Assembly: GCA_000708835.1 (NCBI GenBank)
Contig: DF237038.1
Coordinates: forward strand, 82,901-146,900
DNA length: 64,000 nt
Source of the DNA: Klebsormidium nitens
Taxonomy: Eukaryota; Plantae; Klebsormidiophyceae
Reading direction: 5' to 3'
Part shown: positions 10,749 through 31,201 of the stretch, in pieces
Position numbering within the stretch: position 1 is the first letter of the stretch
Layout of the letters: every line of letters begins with the position of its first letter
The notes under the pieces: model-generated
Database searches by the model: none
What the model saw: the letters and a program-made list of their open reading frames with translations, nothing else
Told to the model about the DNA's origin: nothing
Translations under genes and position numbers: made by a program

Positions 10749-13700
10749 CTACTCATGCCACTGGAAACTTCCCGGTATAAGCCGCAGACCGCTCTCAACT
10801 CTGGCACTCAACTTGAGCGGCCTCTTCTCACCCGCCGGCATGGCAAAGACGATCTCATTGTACGGGAGCTTGTAGCTACCCTCGCTGGCAACCGTGATCC
10901 TGACCTCCTCCTTATTTGTCTCCATCTCATACGTGAGCAAACGATACGCCCCCTTTCGGAAGCCCCACCCCAAACCGTCGTCCTCATACAGCTGCCCGGT
11001 GGCTTTCCCCACCCCCTGGAAAGGAAACACCCGGACGCACCGGGACGGCTCGTCGTGCAGCCGTCCAAAATCGTCCGCTTCTGCCGTCATCGGCACCATG
11101 CTCCCCTCGGCAACTAGCAACGGCAGCTTTTCCAGAGGCGCATCCAACGTCACCACTTGGCCCCCCTCATACCACTCCTCGCTGTAGAAGTCGTACCAAC
11201 CGAGCGACGAGGCTGAAGCCGGAGTTCCGTCGCCGGATTCCGGTCCGTTGCCTCCGGGCCCAGATCTCGGCAAGTACACTCTGCGCGTCGTCGCGCCTCG
11301 CTCGACGACCGGCGCCGCAAGAATCGCCCCTCCGAGCATCATCTCGTCGCAATCGTCAAACGTCCTCTCATCGTCCTCGAACTCGACGAACGTCGGCCGT
11401 AGGATCGGCTCGTTCTCCGTGGCTGCGTGCCAGTACAGCGTATACGTATACGGCATCAGGCGGTAGCGCAGGCGGAGCGCCGAGCGGGCGTGCGCAGTAA
11501 CGCCCGGGTGCATCCAGGGCGTGGTAACGGTCCCGTCGGCCTTCCAGCTGTTGGTTACGCAGCGGGGGTGGAGGGCGCCCATTTGGACCCAGCGCACCAG
11601 GAGCTCAGGGTCAGGGGGATCCCCCGCGAAACCGCCGACGTCATGCCCGATGTTGAACATGCCGCTGAGGGACATCTGGAGGCCGGTGCGGACATTCCAA
11701 CGGAGGTGGTCCCAACTAGAGCGGAGAGGAGTTTGCGTCAGAAAGAGCGGCCGGAAGTTGAGACAGTGACATGGTGTAGGTTGACGGGGCTGTCGGTCAG
11801 TGTCGGCAAAAGAATGGTTTAGAAAGGCATTCAGCGTGGTTGATTGATACAACGTTCACGAAACAAGGTTTGAATCTTGCTCGCTTCGAAGAAGCTCAAA
11901 GCTCGAAGCTCGAAGGCTAAAACGAGGCACGAATTTTTCTTTGCCGTTTTCAAGCAGCTTCCGACAGAGTGTATTGCGTCGAGAGAGAAATACTCAGTCC
12001 GTTGAAGACTTTCGCTTGAGTCGACAGCGGGACGTTGATAGATGCTGTCTCGTCTTGTCAAGTCACACGCAGGAGATGAGTCAACTTAAAGTATGCAGCG
12101 CGAAACAAACGAGTTGTTCACGAAAAGGCATAGAGCGTGGAGTCTGGCGGGAAAGCAACGGAGCCGCACGGACGAAGTCAATTAAAGCTGGGAGAAGCAA
12201 GCATAAGCAGACCAGAGGCAGATAATAACTCTTAAAGTACCATAAGCAGATGAGGCGCAAACGGCAACTCTTCAAGAGCCATAAGGAAATAAGGCGCAAA
12301 CAGGAACACGCCCACAAACAGAGTCACAGAGAACGGGACCAAACACATGTGGCAAGAACCCACGAACTTTGATCAGGGCGAACTAACAAAGACACGGCTG
12401 CACGAGAGTTCGACTCGGCCTTGGTGTGCGACTCACCTGGTGGTGTTGTCCCCGCTCCACGTCTGCCCGTAGCGCTGTACTCCTGGGCATCCCGCTCTAG
12501 TTATTGTGTACGGCCGCTCCTCCGGCTGGAATCGCACCTGCTCCTCGTACGACGCGCGTGTCATCAGCAGCGCCAGCACGGGGCGCGCCAGCGCGATCGG
12601 GACCGAACGGCCTGCTGCCACGTGTCCAATCTTTACTGACCCACCGTCCTCTGTGGCAAAAGACGCAGGAGTCGCGGCTTCTGAGTCGTTGATACTGCTC
12701 GCGACCTGCGAAGTCTCCGCACCGCAGGCCAGACCGTCCGACCGTTCCTCGCCTGTCACAGCCCGCAAGTTTCCCGCCCCTTTCCCCGGCCCTGAAGCCG
12801 CCAAACCTTGTTGGAATTCCTGAGCCGAACCCTGAGCCAAACCCTGGGCCAAACCCTGAGCTAAACCCTGCGTTCCCCCCAAACCCTCCGTCCGTAACCC
12901 CGGCCCCCCGCACTCCGCTTCCTCGTCCCACAGCTCATACTCATTGTTATCGTTCCAGGCGCTGTCGATTCCGTACTCGAGGATTGCCTCCCTTAACCCG
13001 GTCTGCCACCACTTAACCGCGGCGGCGATTAGGAAATCCAGGTGCGCGCCCTCGCCGTCCCAGAACTGGCTCGTGCTCGGACGTCCGGTTTCGGCGTTCC
13101 GGACGAACGCGCCGGCAAATTCCGCGTCCGCGTACCGGGGGTGGTCGTTCAGCAGGCACGGCTTTAGGTTGGCCACCACGCGCAGGCCGGCGGCTTTGAA
13201 CCGTTGGATGAGCGCCTGGGAACAAAGCGGAACCAAGCGGAACCGTTGGATAAGCATCTGGGATGTAAGTGAGAGAGCCTAACTCAAGGAGTGTGAGTAT
13301 GTTGGATGAATGACGTCCAACACATTCAGGCTTTCAAGTAAGAATATCCCGGTCTCAGCGGAATTGTAAGCGGAAGAGAAACCGTGCCTGTCCACAGGCT
13401 TGCTGCATCATCTACCAATTCCTCAAATACACGGTGTTTGCTCGAAAGATTTCAAAAAGGCCACAAAATCAGAGTATCTTTCCAGTTGAATACGTACCAA
13501 TCATCCCGATTGCTCTTCCAGGTATCAGAGGACGTAGGCCTCCCTTTTCGTACTCGTTCCTTTGTACCTTTCAAAATTCTCCACACACCTTAGGGTCCGG
13601 GAACTTGTCCCGGTTCCAGTTGAACACGTAGCGGCGCGGCCCGATGCTCGTGTATCCGGACCCAAAGTGGAAGGCGCTGCATGGGATGCGGTTGGCGGTG

Positions 13701-16700
13701 CACTCGTCCAGAAAGCGTCCGATCTGCACCTGGGCGTCCGGGGCGTCCGCGAGGGGCATGGCCGTGGCCGCATAGCCTGAGAAATAACTAGAGCGGGGTC
13801 AAGAGATGAAACAACTTCCGATTACCCGGCCGAAAAGGGTCCGATCTGCACCTGGGCGTTCGGCGCGTCCGTGAGGGGCATGGCCGTAGCTGCGTAACCT
13901 GAAAAGGAACTAGAGCGGATTCACAAGAGGCAAAAATCTCCAATCGTCAGACGGTGTCTCGTCCAGAAAGTACCCAATCTGCACCTGGGCGTCCAGTGCG
14001 TCTGCGAGGGGCATCGCGGTGGCGGCGTTAACTGGGCAGTAACTAGAGCGGGGTCAAAATGCATATAACATACGTCCGGATCGTTAAACGGCCAGGAAGC
14101 GTCCGATCTGCACCTGGGCGTCCGGCGCATCCGCAAGGGGCATGGCCGTAGCGGCGTAACTTGGGCAGAAACTAGAGCGGGGTCAGAAGCGATTGAGCGC
14201 AATTCGACCCAGTAAGATCGTGCCTCGTCCAGAAAGCGTCCGATCTGCACCTGGGCGTCCGGCGCATCCGCGAGGGGCATCGCCGTGGCAGCGTAACCTG
14301 GGCAGACACTAGATCGGGGTCAGAAGCGATTGAGCACAATTCGACCCAGTAAAGATCGAGCATCGTCCAGAAAGCGTCCGATCTGCACCTGGGCGTCCGG
14401 CGCATTTGCGAGGGGCTTCGCCGTGGCGGCTTAAGCTGAAAAGCAGCTGGAGCGGGTTGAAGGAGGAATAGGCAGAAACTTTCGGAACTTCAGACTATAA
14501 TTCGATCTGCTTCTGGGCGTCCGGTGTGTCTTCAAGTGGCTTGGCCGTCGCGGCATAATCCGAGCAAAACCTAGTGCTTGGTCGTAAAGAAAAGTGGGAA
14601 CCATTTCGGCTCACGAGTTATCAGAAGGCGTTTGGGGCGTCTGCGGGGGGCATGGCCCGGACGGCGTTACCTGGGCAGAAACTAGAGCGTGCTTGGATCA
14701 AAAATCTTTCGGGTTGTTACTCGGCCGGTAGGCGTCCGGAGCGTTCCGGGCGTTTGTCAATGGTATGGCCCTGGGAGGCGTGCCTTGAGCAGAAAGTAGA
14801 GCAGGGTCAAAGAGGATAGAGCACGTTTCAGACCACTCAGACGGTGGGACTCGTCCAAAGAGGGTTCAGGGCGTCCGCAAGAGACGATGACGGTGGCGAT
14901 GAAAAGTGAGAAGCAACTAGAACGAGATTAACAAACACACTAAAAGCACAGCCTTCGCTCAGGCCGCCATTCGTCTAAAAGACGGTCACAATATACTTAA
15001 CATAAGCTTACTCGTAGCAAGCTTTTGGAAAGTCAAGCTGCCTTACTGACCAAGAGGAAATACGTGCAGTTTTCACGCAAAAGACTCGAGCGTAGGCATA
15101 AGAACTCTCCGCCAGGCGTATTGATCGACGTACAACTGGGTGGGTAGAGATCTTTCCAGGACGCTTGGGGTGCGGAGGGAGCACACTCGTGGGAAGAGTA
15201 TCTTTGCAAAAACCGAAGAAGCCCATCTTCCTGACAAGGAAGCTTCAAACCGATTCTGGCTGTGGCTTCAAATATTATACTGTGGCTTCAAGAACAATAC
15301 CGCATGTCCATCTTGTACAAGCAGAATTGATATAGTCCAGAATATTTCCGACGGCTTTTATCTGACGCCCCAGCCGATGTGTTGAAAAAGAATTCAACAA
15401 TAAACCCTCACCGAGGGACCAGCGCGGCCCGAACGCCATCTTGCCGGTGAGGTCAGCAAAGCGGCGGGTGACGTCAGCAAGCCTGGGGCCGAGGATGAAG
15501 TAGTAGTCCAGGTCGCCATCGGTCGCCTCGTACCCGCGGTAAAGCCCGTAGTAGTTGCTGTGCTCGCAGCCCAGGTCGAAGGAAGACGCCGCGGTGTTGT
15601 CATAGAAAACGCCGTAGGAAATGCCTGGAAAGATAAATACAATGTTCGGTGTTTAGACGAGGCCTGAACATGTCCAGAAACGAGGTTCCAACGTTGCCGG
15701 GTCTAGAGTTGTTGCGCAGTTCGAAGGAAGACGGCCGCAGTGCTGTCATAAAATACGTCTTGGGAAACGTTTGGGAGATGTGATAGGATACTCTAAGAGC
15801 CTTAAGTGCATGAGTGATGTTGAAGATCTACGAGCAAAATCTGCGAAAGGGTATACCCATAGTAGTTGCTGTGCTCGCAGCCCAGGTCGAATGAAGACGG
15901 CGCGCTGTTGTCGTAGAACACGCCGTAGGACACAGGGGAGCGCCCCTCCCCCTGCATCCCATCCCCCATTAAGGGACCTCTGAACTGATGACGTCGATTG
16001 GAAAAGTGTATAATATGGGCCTGATCGAGCTCGAACAAAATGATTAATCTGCAAGCTCTTCCAGATTGTTGTGGTCGCAGCCCAGGTCGAACGAAGAAGG
16101 CGCGGTGTCGTAGAACACGCCGTAGGAGATGCCTGGAACACAAATGTGTGTTGGGTTTGATCTTTTCAAATTTACGAGGCCTAAAGATGTTCGAAACAGG
16201 TCCGAACATTCTTGAAGTTCGAGGCCTGAACATGTCCGGAAACAGGTCTGGACATTTCAAGACTCTCCACTTATGTAGTTGCTGTGCTCGGAGCCGAGGT
16301 CGAACCAAGGAGGCGCGAAAGAGGCCGTTAGTTTTCAGGAATTCCCTACGCCGCCCGGAAAGATAGTGATCTGATGTTCAGAGTGAGTTCCTGAGGCCTA
16401 GTCAACGTCCGGAACTTGAGTGCATATACTACGAGCCCTTTTTGAGGGTACTAACTTGCAACCAGGACAAAGATGGACCGTACGGGGTGAGTCGTAAAAG
16501 AAGCCGAAGGAGATGGCTCTCATGATGAAATACACTCAAACAAAACCGTGAAGCTTGGCAGGACATACAGCCGGAGGTTCTGTAAACCGGTACGGCCCGC
16601 AATCGTTGCTGTGCTTGCAGCCGAAGTCGAAGGAGGACCATTGTCGTAAAACGACACTACACAAACTGCCGGAATAATGAAATCAGGGAGGACTGAGAAG

Positions 16701-18807
16701 AGATTTCGAAAGAGCCTTTTCGTGCTTGCGCTTGATCTTTGCGTTTTGTTTCATCCAACGATTGGAGCTAGACGGACACTTGTTTCTTGAAATTGGCAAA
16801 AAGCCTGTGACGAGGGACCAGTAAAGAGACTTGAAGGGTGTAGGTCAGTGAGCCATCGAATTGATTTAATCTTCCCTCAGACGAGCGCCCAGGAAGTCAT
16901 TCCTCTTGCAACTTAGTTCCGCACCCGAGAGTGTAGAAGTCAAGGCTCTGCTCAGCTCACAGAGGCAAGCAAAATGGACCCGCGGTGGAAGACCAAAAAT
17001 GCTTGCGCTTTTATCCAGCTTCGTCGGTTAAAAGATCACGAGCCAATAAAGGGAGGAGCTCTAAAGATTGGAATCTCGAAGAAGGTTGAAGTTTCAGATT
17101 CAGGCCTTCGAGAGTTGGCAGAGTGAAGCGTTAAGCCCTATTGGCTGGCAAAGCATTGTTGCTGCGATTATAAGGATGCATTTTCGTTCCTGGGACTTAT
17201 GGCTGGCCACTGCCTGTCAACTTCCGCCCTCCAAATAACCAAGGCAACAAGCTTCTATTCCATTGAACTCGAAGTATATATTTTGAGGCTAATCAGTCTT
17301 TTCCAAGCTGAACGCTCTGACTAAGCTTTCAGCAGTGGACGGGGCCGAAGACTGGAAAGTACAGCACAGGACTTCCATAGTAAAAATGACAGTAGGTTCG
17401 TTCTGAGCTCATGAATCGGAGGCTGTAACTTCCTCGACACGCGCCATGTCACTGGTTCTCTACTCGAAGATAGACCTTTCCATTGAAAGTGATGAACAGG
17501 ATCCGCCCCGCAATGCAGGTCACTCCTTCGGCCAATAGATTGATTTTTGCTCAACTGAAGTACTTTAAGAGTGTTCCATACCTGTGGTGGCGTCCTTTGT
17601 GAGCAGGAAGGGCCAGTTCTTGTAGAGCGGGTCGCCCGACTTGGGATCATATCCCAAAGCGTCAGTCATGTCACACCGAAGCCGTCGTCCGTGCAGGTTC
17701 AGGGGACCGGTTTTGTCCCCCAGACCACAGTAGAAGTCGCCTCTGTTTCTCTCCATGTAGTGCTTCACGTGGTTGGACTTGCGTCCGAAGAAGTAGGGGT
17801 GGCTCGCCCTGTCCGCAGCGAAAGGGGCGTCCGAAGCTTTGCCGTCGCGTAAGGACCTGGGATGTGTGACATCGAGGGTTACGGATCCTTGATAGATTAA
17901 GAATGTCTTGGTTGCAGGAAGACAAATGGAGAACTACCAAGCCGTTGAACTCGCAGGAGAAGGATGCAGCTGGTTTGAGAAGCTACCAGCCAGCAGCTGC
18001 TGAGTCAAAAAGGGTGTGCAGATGTGCTTGAAGGAATCTGACGGTCTGATCTTGGGAGTCCGATCACTAGAATCTGGACGTCTGGAGATCTCGTAGCAAT
18101 TGGTGGTGACCATGGGATAATGATCAGCTGCTACTCCATTTGTTTTGAAAGGATTGGAAGGAATGTCCGGTAAAAAGTAAAAGTTAATGTTCAGTTGCGT
18201 TCAAGACTCCTGAAAGAGTCTCTAAGTACCGATGCATCACAGGAGAAAGGCAGCTGTTATGAACCAGTACACGACATTTCGCGCGTCAATTTCCTTGAAT
18301 CAGTGGGGTATATGTGCATACTCACCAGCTGAGACACAAAGGGCTGAGTGTGACAGTCAGCCTGATGGCAGACGTGTGGAGTATAATCACATCACGTGAC
18401 TCCTCCATCTCGTAGAGAGGTGGCCCCTGCATTGGCATGAGCTGCAGCCTTGGGCGACCACCCCAGGGGACATCAGCCACTGCGAACTCCCCCTGCTCCT
18501 GCTGCTTCACACTCTCAATCCCAACCTGGTGCTCAAGCTGATGCGAATGCACTCCTCCTGATCCAGCCTCATGTGAAGCTATTCCAACCCCCTCTGATTG
18601 CACCCCAGCTCGTTGTAATCCATCTTCTCCAGCTTCTCCAAGGACCATCCATGTTGTCGGCTGTCGCAAAGTGCCTCCTTGCACAAAGAGCACTCTGACT
18701 ACCCAGGGGCTCCGCACCTCGACGCGGCAGCGGACTCCATCGCCGCAGTCCAGCCAGACTCCTCTGGGGTCGGAGCTTGAGAGAGCAGCATGCTTCAGGT
18801 GCCCCAT
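10749..18807 (-). CDS. Glycoside hydrolase family 31 (alpha-glucosidase-like, bacterial Aec37-like type)
   Basis: Phase-consistent exons 18807-18326, 17856-17582 (YCGLGDKTGPLNLHGRR..DALGYDPKSGDPLYKNWPF), 15624-15412 (YGVFYDN..DLDYYFILGP..PRWSLG), 13776-13589 (FHFGSGYTSIGPRRYVFNWNRDKFPDP), 13215-12437 (WNDNNEY nucleophile; TWSGDN acid/base), 11715-10749 (GHDVGGF..PELLVRWVQMG..). Both catalytic Asp residues are intact. Confidence 0.93.
13216..13260 (-). repeat. Short duplication of the GH31 exon-5 acceptor and exon head (in-frame alternative acceptor 42 nt upstream)
   Basis: cccag|atgcttatccaacggttc at 13257 versus the real cccag|gcgctcatccaacggttc at 13215. Confidence 0.75.
13800..14920 (-). 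repeat. Tandem array of about 9 degenerate copies of the GH31 exon-4 acceptor and exon head (period about 110-138 bp)
   Basis: Copies of YAATAMPLADAPDAQVQIG(RFLDE) plus the upstream ctagttnctg..cag acceptor. Heads start near 13898, 14031, 14160, 14297, 14435, 14559, 14670, 14783 and 14900. The most distant copies are the most decayed. Confidence 0.92.
15700..16670 (-). repeat. About 5 degenerate copies of the GH31 exon-3 head (SYGVFYDN..FDLGCEHSNY)
   Basis: Copies near 15710-15770, 15855-15935, 16070-16135, 16270-16345 and 16590-16665, all upstream of the real acceptor at 15625. Confidence 0.85.
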
Positions 18808-18863
18808 GATGGACTTGCAGCGTCTCAAGCGTCTTGCATTGATTGTTGATCAGAAGAACGTGC

Positions 18864-18925
18864 TGTAAGTTAAGTCCAGCCAGACTCCTCTGGGGTCAGA
18901 GCTTTTGAGTACAGCGTGCTTTGAT
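18864..18925 (-). repeat. Echo of the start of GH31 exon 1, upstream of the ATG
   Basis: The plus-strand string gtccagccagactcctctggggtc occurs near 18748 and near 18874. The echo translates KHAVLKSSDPRGVWLD versus the real KHAALSSSDPRGVWLD. Confidence 0.85.
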
Positions 18926-19782
18926 GGACGGATCACGAGTGGAGGGGTCTCAGAGCTGTTGCAATTTCTGTTGTGGAAGGAAAGTGGTGTGCGGAGTCGA
19001 CAATTGCAGATAATTTGACTCCAGCTGCGGCAGGTTAGGAGGAGAAGTGCAGGGCAATTCGCGACTGTGAGAGCATTTGCCACCAACTCATCGATCAATC
19101 AGAAGAGATGCAGAGAGTCCTGTAGCGACCACGACCACATCCTGTCATAATCCATTGAAAATTTGGGCCTGTTCTGAACATTGAGCTCTGAAGAACTTGA
19201 ACTGCTCTAAACTTGGAAGATTCCGTGAGTGGTCGTAGCGAATCATGACAAGTTGCAGCTGACCGAATCAAAATCATTCAATTAAAAAACCTGCTGGGTT
19301 CACAAACTTTACACCGTTCCGATCGGTTTTTAGAACAGACTTGTCGACGTGTGGTGCACGTGGTCATCACCGATGTGTTGACTTGCCCATGTTCACATCC
19401 TGTGGACAAGCGCAGACAAAGCGGAGGAGGAGCGGAGAAAGTGACCTCTAAACATCAAGCTGGCTGCTAGCGCCTAGCGCTGAACCTTCATTAGGAGACG
19501 AGGGTTCTGTGCTTGCCTGAAATTGGTCGCAGACAGCTCAAGAAGTTTGATGCTTAAAAGCTGCGCAATTGATGTGGTGAACTGTTCCCTTCCCTTGTTA
19601 CAACCTGCAGGATTCAATCCAGTACTTAGTTGTTTTGATCAAAGCTGTTGATTCACGCTTCTTTAAGGTATCAAAGCCTGAGGGTTTCAAGCATTGGTCA
19701 CAATGACACACTTGATCTCTGATCAGGCTTCCTGATCCTCGTTCAGGTTGAAAGCATGAGGTGCAATTAGTCATTGGCAGGC

Positions 19783-29370
<9,588 letters not shown>

Positions 29371-29582
29371 GTTGTCAACTTAACCATTATAGAGAATTTT
29401 CTCACGCACGCTTATGTATGCACTTCGGAGGCGTCTGCCGATCGTCCCGTGTGCGTGATTCCCTTGCTCCAATCGCTCTTGGAAAGTGTGTGAGTGTAAC
29501 CTGCCTGAATCGTTCTTTTGGTCTGCCGTGGGGCCGCTAGTTGAGCGCCCGGCCCGGCTTAGTCGGAGCCGAGAACAGCATA

Positions 29583-29775
29583 CCGGTAACTCTCGTGTGA
29601 CCTAACGGGCGTGTGACCTATGATACGAGTAATCCGGGCACTTCAAACTAAAAACCTAACCCAATTAATCACCCGCTCCGCACCCCAACCCACCCTAACC
29701 ACCATACCAACCCCAGCCGTCCCCCGGGTGCCTATCTTAGGTCACACGGCTCTTAGGTCACACGAGAGTTATCGG
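29583..29775 (+). mobile_element. Hairpin element copy 1 (conserved core, 43-bp inverted arms)
   Basis: Left arm ccggtaactctcgtgtgacctaacgggcgtgtgacctatgata (29583-29625) pairs with 29733-29775. Core: ctaaaaacctaacc..aatcacccgctccgcaccc..caccctaacc..ccgtccc. A direct repeat tcggag(cc/t)gagaacagc of about 16 bp sits at both flanks. Confidence 0.8.
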
Positions 29776-29839
29776 AGTGAGAACAGCTAGCCTAGCTGGT
29801 GCCAACGCCGCCCAAACCGGCCTTGGTCCGATGACGCTG

Positions 29840-30560
29840 GTATGACGTACCAAACAGGTACCTCACCGGCCATGCAATTTGATTACATACCGACCTACTA
29901 CCGGTACCTAGTTACCCCATTAATGGGGGTACCGTGGCCTACCGGTAGTACGGTACTGCCAACTTTCCCCATGGCGAGGTCTGGTCGGTACCGTACCTTC
30001 TTTCGTACCGGCTGTACTCCTAGGTACCGTATACGTACCTCTACAGGCATCGCGGGAATTTCAAAATTCCTGAACGCGGTCAGCTCTGGATATGACGAGA
30101 TATGAGTCATATGACTGTGGTTTACGGTATAAGGTACCTGCTCGTATGAGAGTCCAGACTCCAGACTCCAGACTCCATTCCATCTAGGTACCGTACCCAG
30201 TTGCTAGATGTTAACCCGGAATGTTCCATATGATTCCACCTTCAAAGAGCTCCAAGTGCGAAACTTGGAAATGAGGACGGCCGGCATCCCGGCCGTTATG
30301 TTGGTTACTAGTGGGTTGTGGTTTAATAATTCCATATGATCCCGTACGACAGCTGAAATGACCCGTACTCATGTGTGTACCGGACCCCGGTCCTGTCAAT
30401 TGAATCTCCGGCCGGGGCGGCTAGGCTGGACGGGCCTTCATCGTCGCCGCCCCAGGTAGTCGGGGACCGGCGTTCCATTAATGTCGTCACCGACCGTACA
30501 CCATAGGCTATACCTGGTGGCAAGTACTCACTGGAGTTGAATAAGAAGTGCGGTAGGCCA
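29840..30560. other. GTAC-rich island upstream of NCL, including a (TCCAGAC)n microsatellite at 30153-30177
   Basis: About 12 GTAC in 29846-30040 and several more up to 30530 (counted by eye). Confidence 0.7.
30277..30311 (+). mobile_element. Helitron-like 3' terminus
   Basis: GC hairpin ACGGCCGG-catc-CCGGCCGT, an 11-nt spacer, then CTAG followed by T. No 5' end or Rep/Hel ORF was identified. Confidence 0.45.
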
Positions 30561-31201
30561 ATCTATCCAGAATTTACCTGGATTCCCATGCAGGCTGCTC
30601 ACTTTGTGAGTTCGATCGAAGATGGGCCAGCCGCCGCCAGCGTCTTGAGATTGAGTTTCTTGTCGAACGACGACGTTTGGTAACTTCCGGCGATACTTCA
30701 CAAATGAGGGCGGCTGTAGCCGAAAGTGGAGCCTAAAAGCAGAGATGGCGACACCCGAATCGGGATACTAGATTCAAAACTGGGAAAGTGTGCACAGCTG
30801 ACACCATCATCCTGCTTCGCCAGTCTGCCGCGGCTTCTGTCAGTGTTGCAGTGTACAGGTACCTGTATTGAACCAATGTACCTACCGTTACGGCATCTGT
30901 ACCCAGGGCCACTGCGTAAACATTTCGCATTCCTTGAATCCTTGTCCAATGTCCTCCCTGCATGGGCTGAACGGTAGCTGCTACAGTAGCCTTGCAATGC
31001 CATACCTTATCGCACATTGCATGCAGGGCGGCTACCTATATTGAGATAATAGGTAGAAGGAGCTGGTAAGTCTATTGAAGATTGAACGCCGGTGGTTGGT
31101 GCAGAAGCGAAGGGCTGGCCAAAGAAAGCTAGAGGAAAGGAAGGGCTGGCTTAGAAAAGCTAAAGCAAAGACATTGCCGGCAGCTGCCTTGCATCAGGAC
31201 G

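Noticed and set aside
10650-13282. Several plus-strand ORFs over GH31 exons
   Set aside because: Shadow ORFs of GC-rich coding sequence on the opposite strand.
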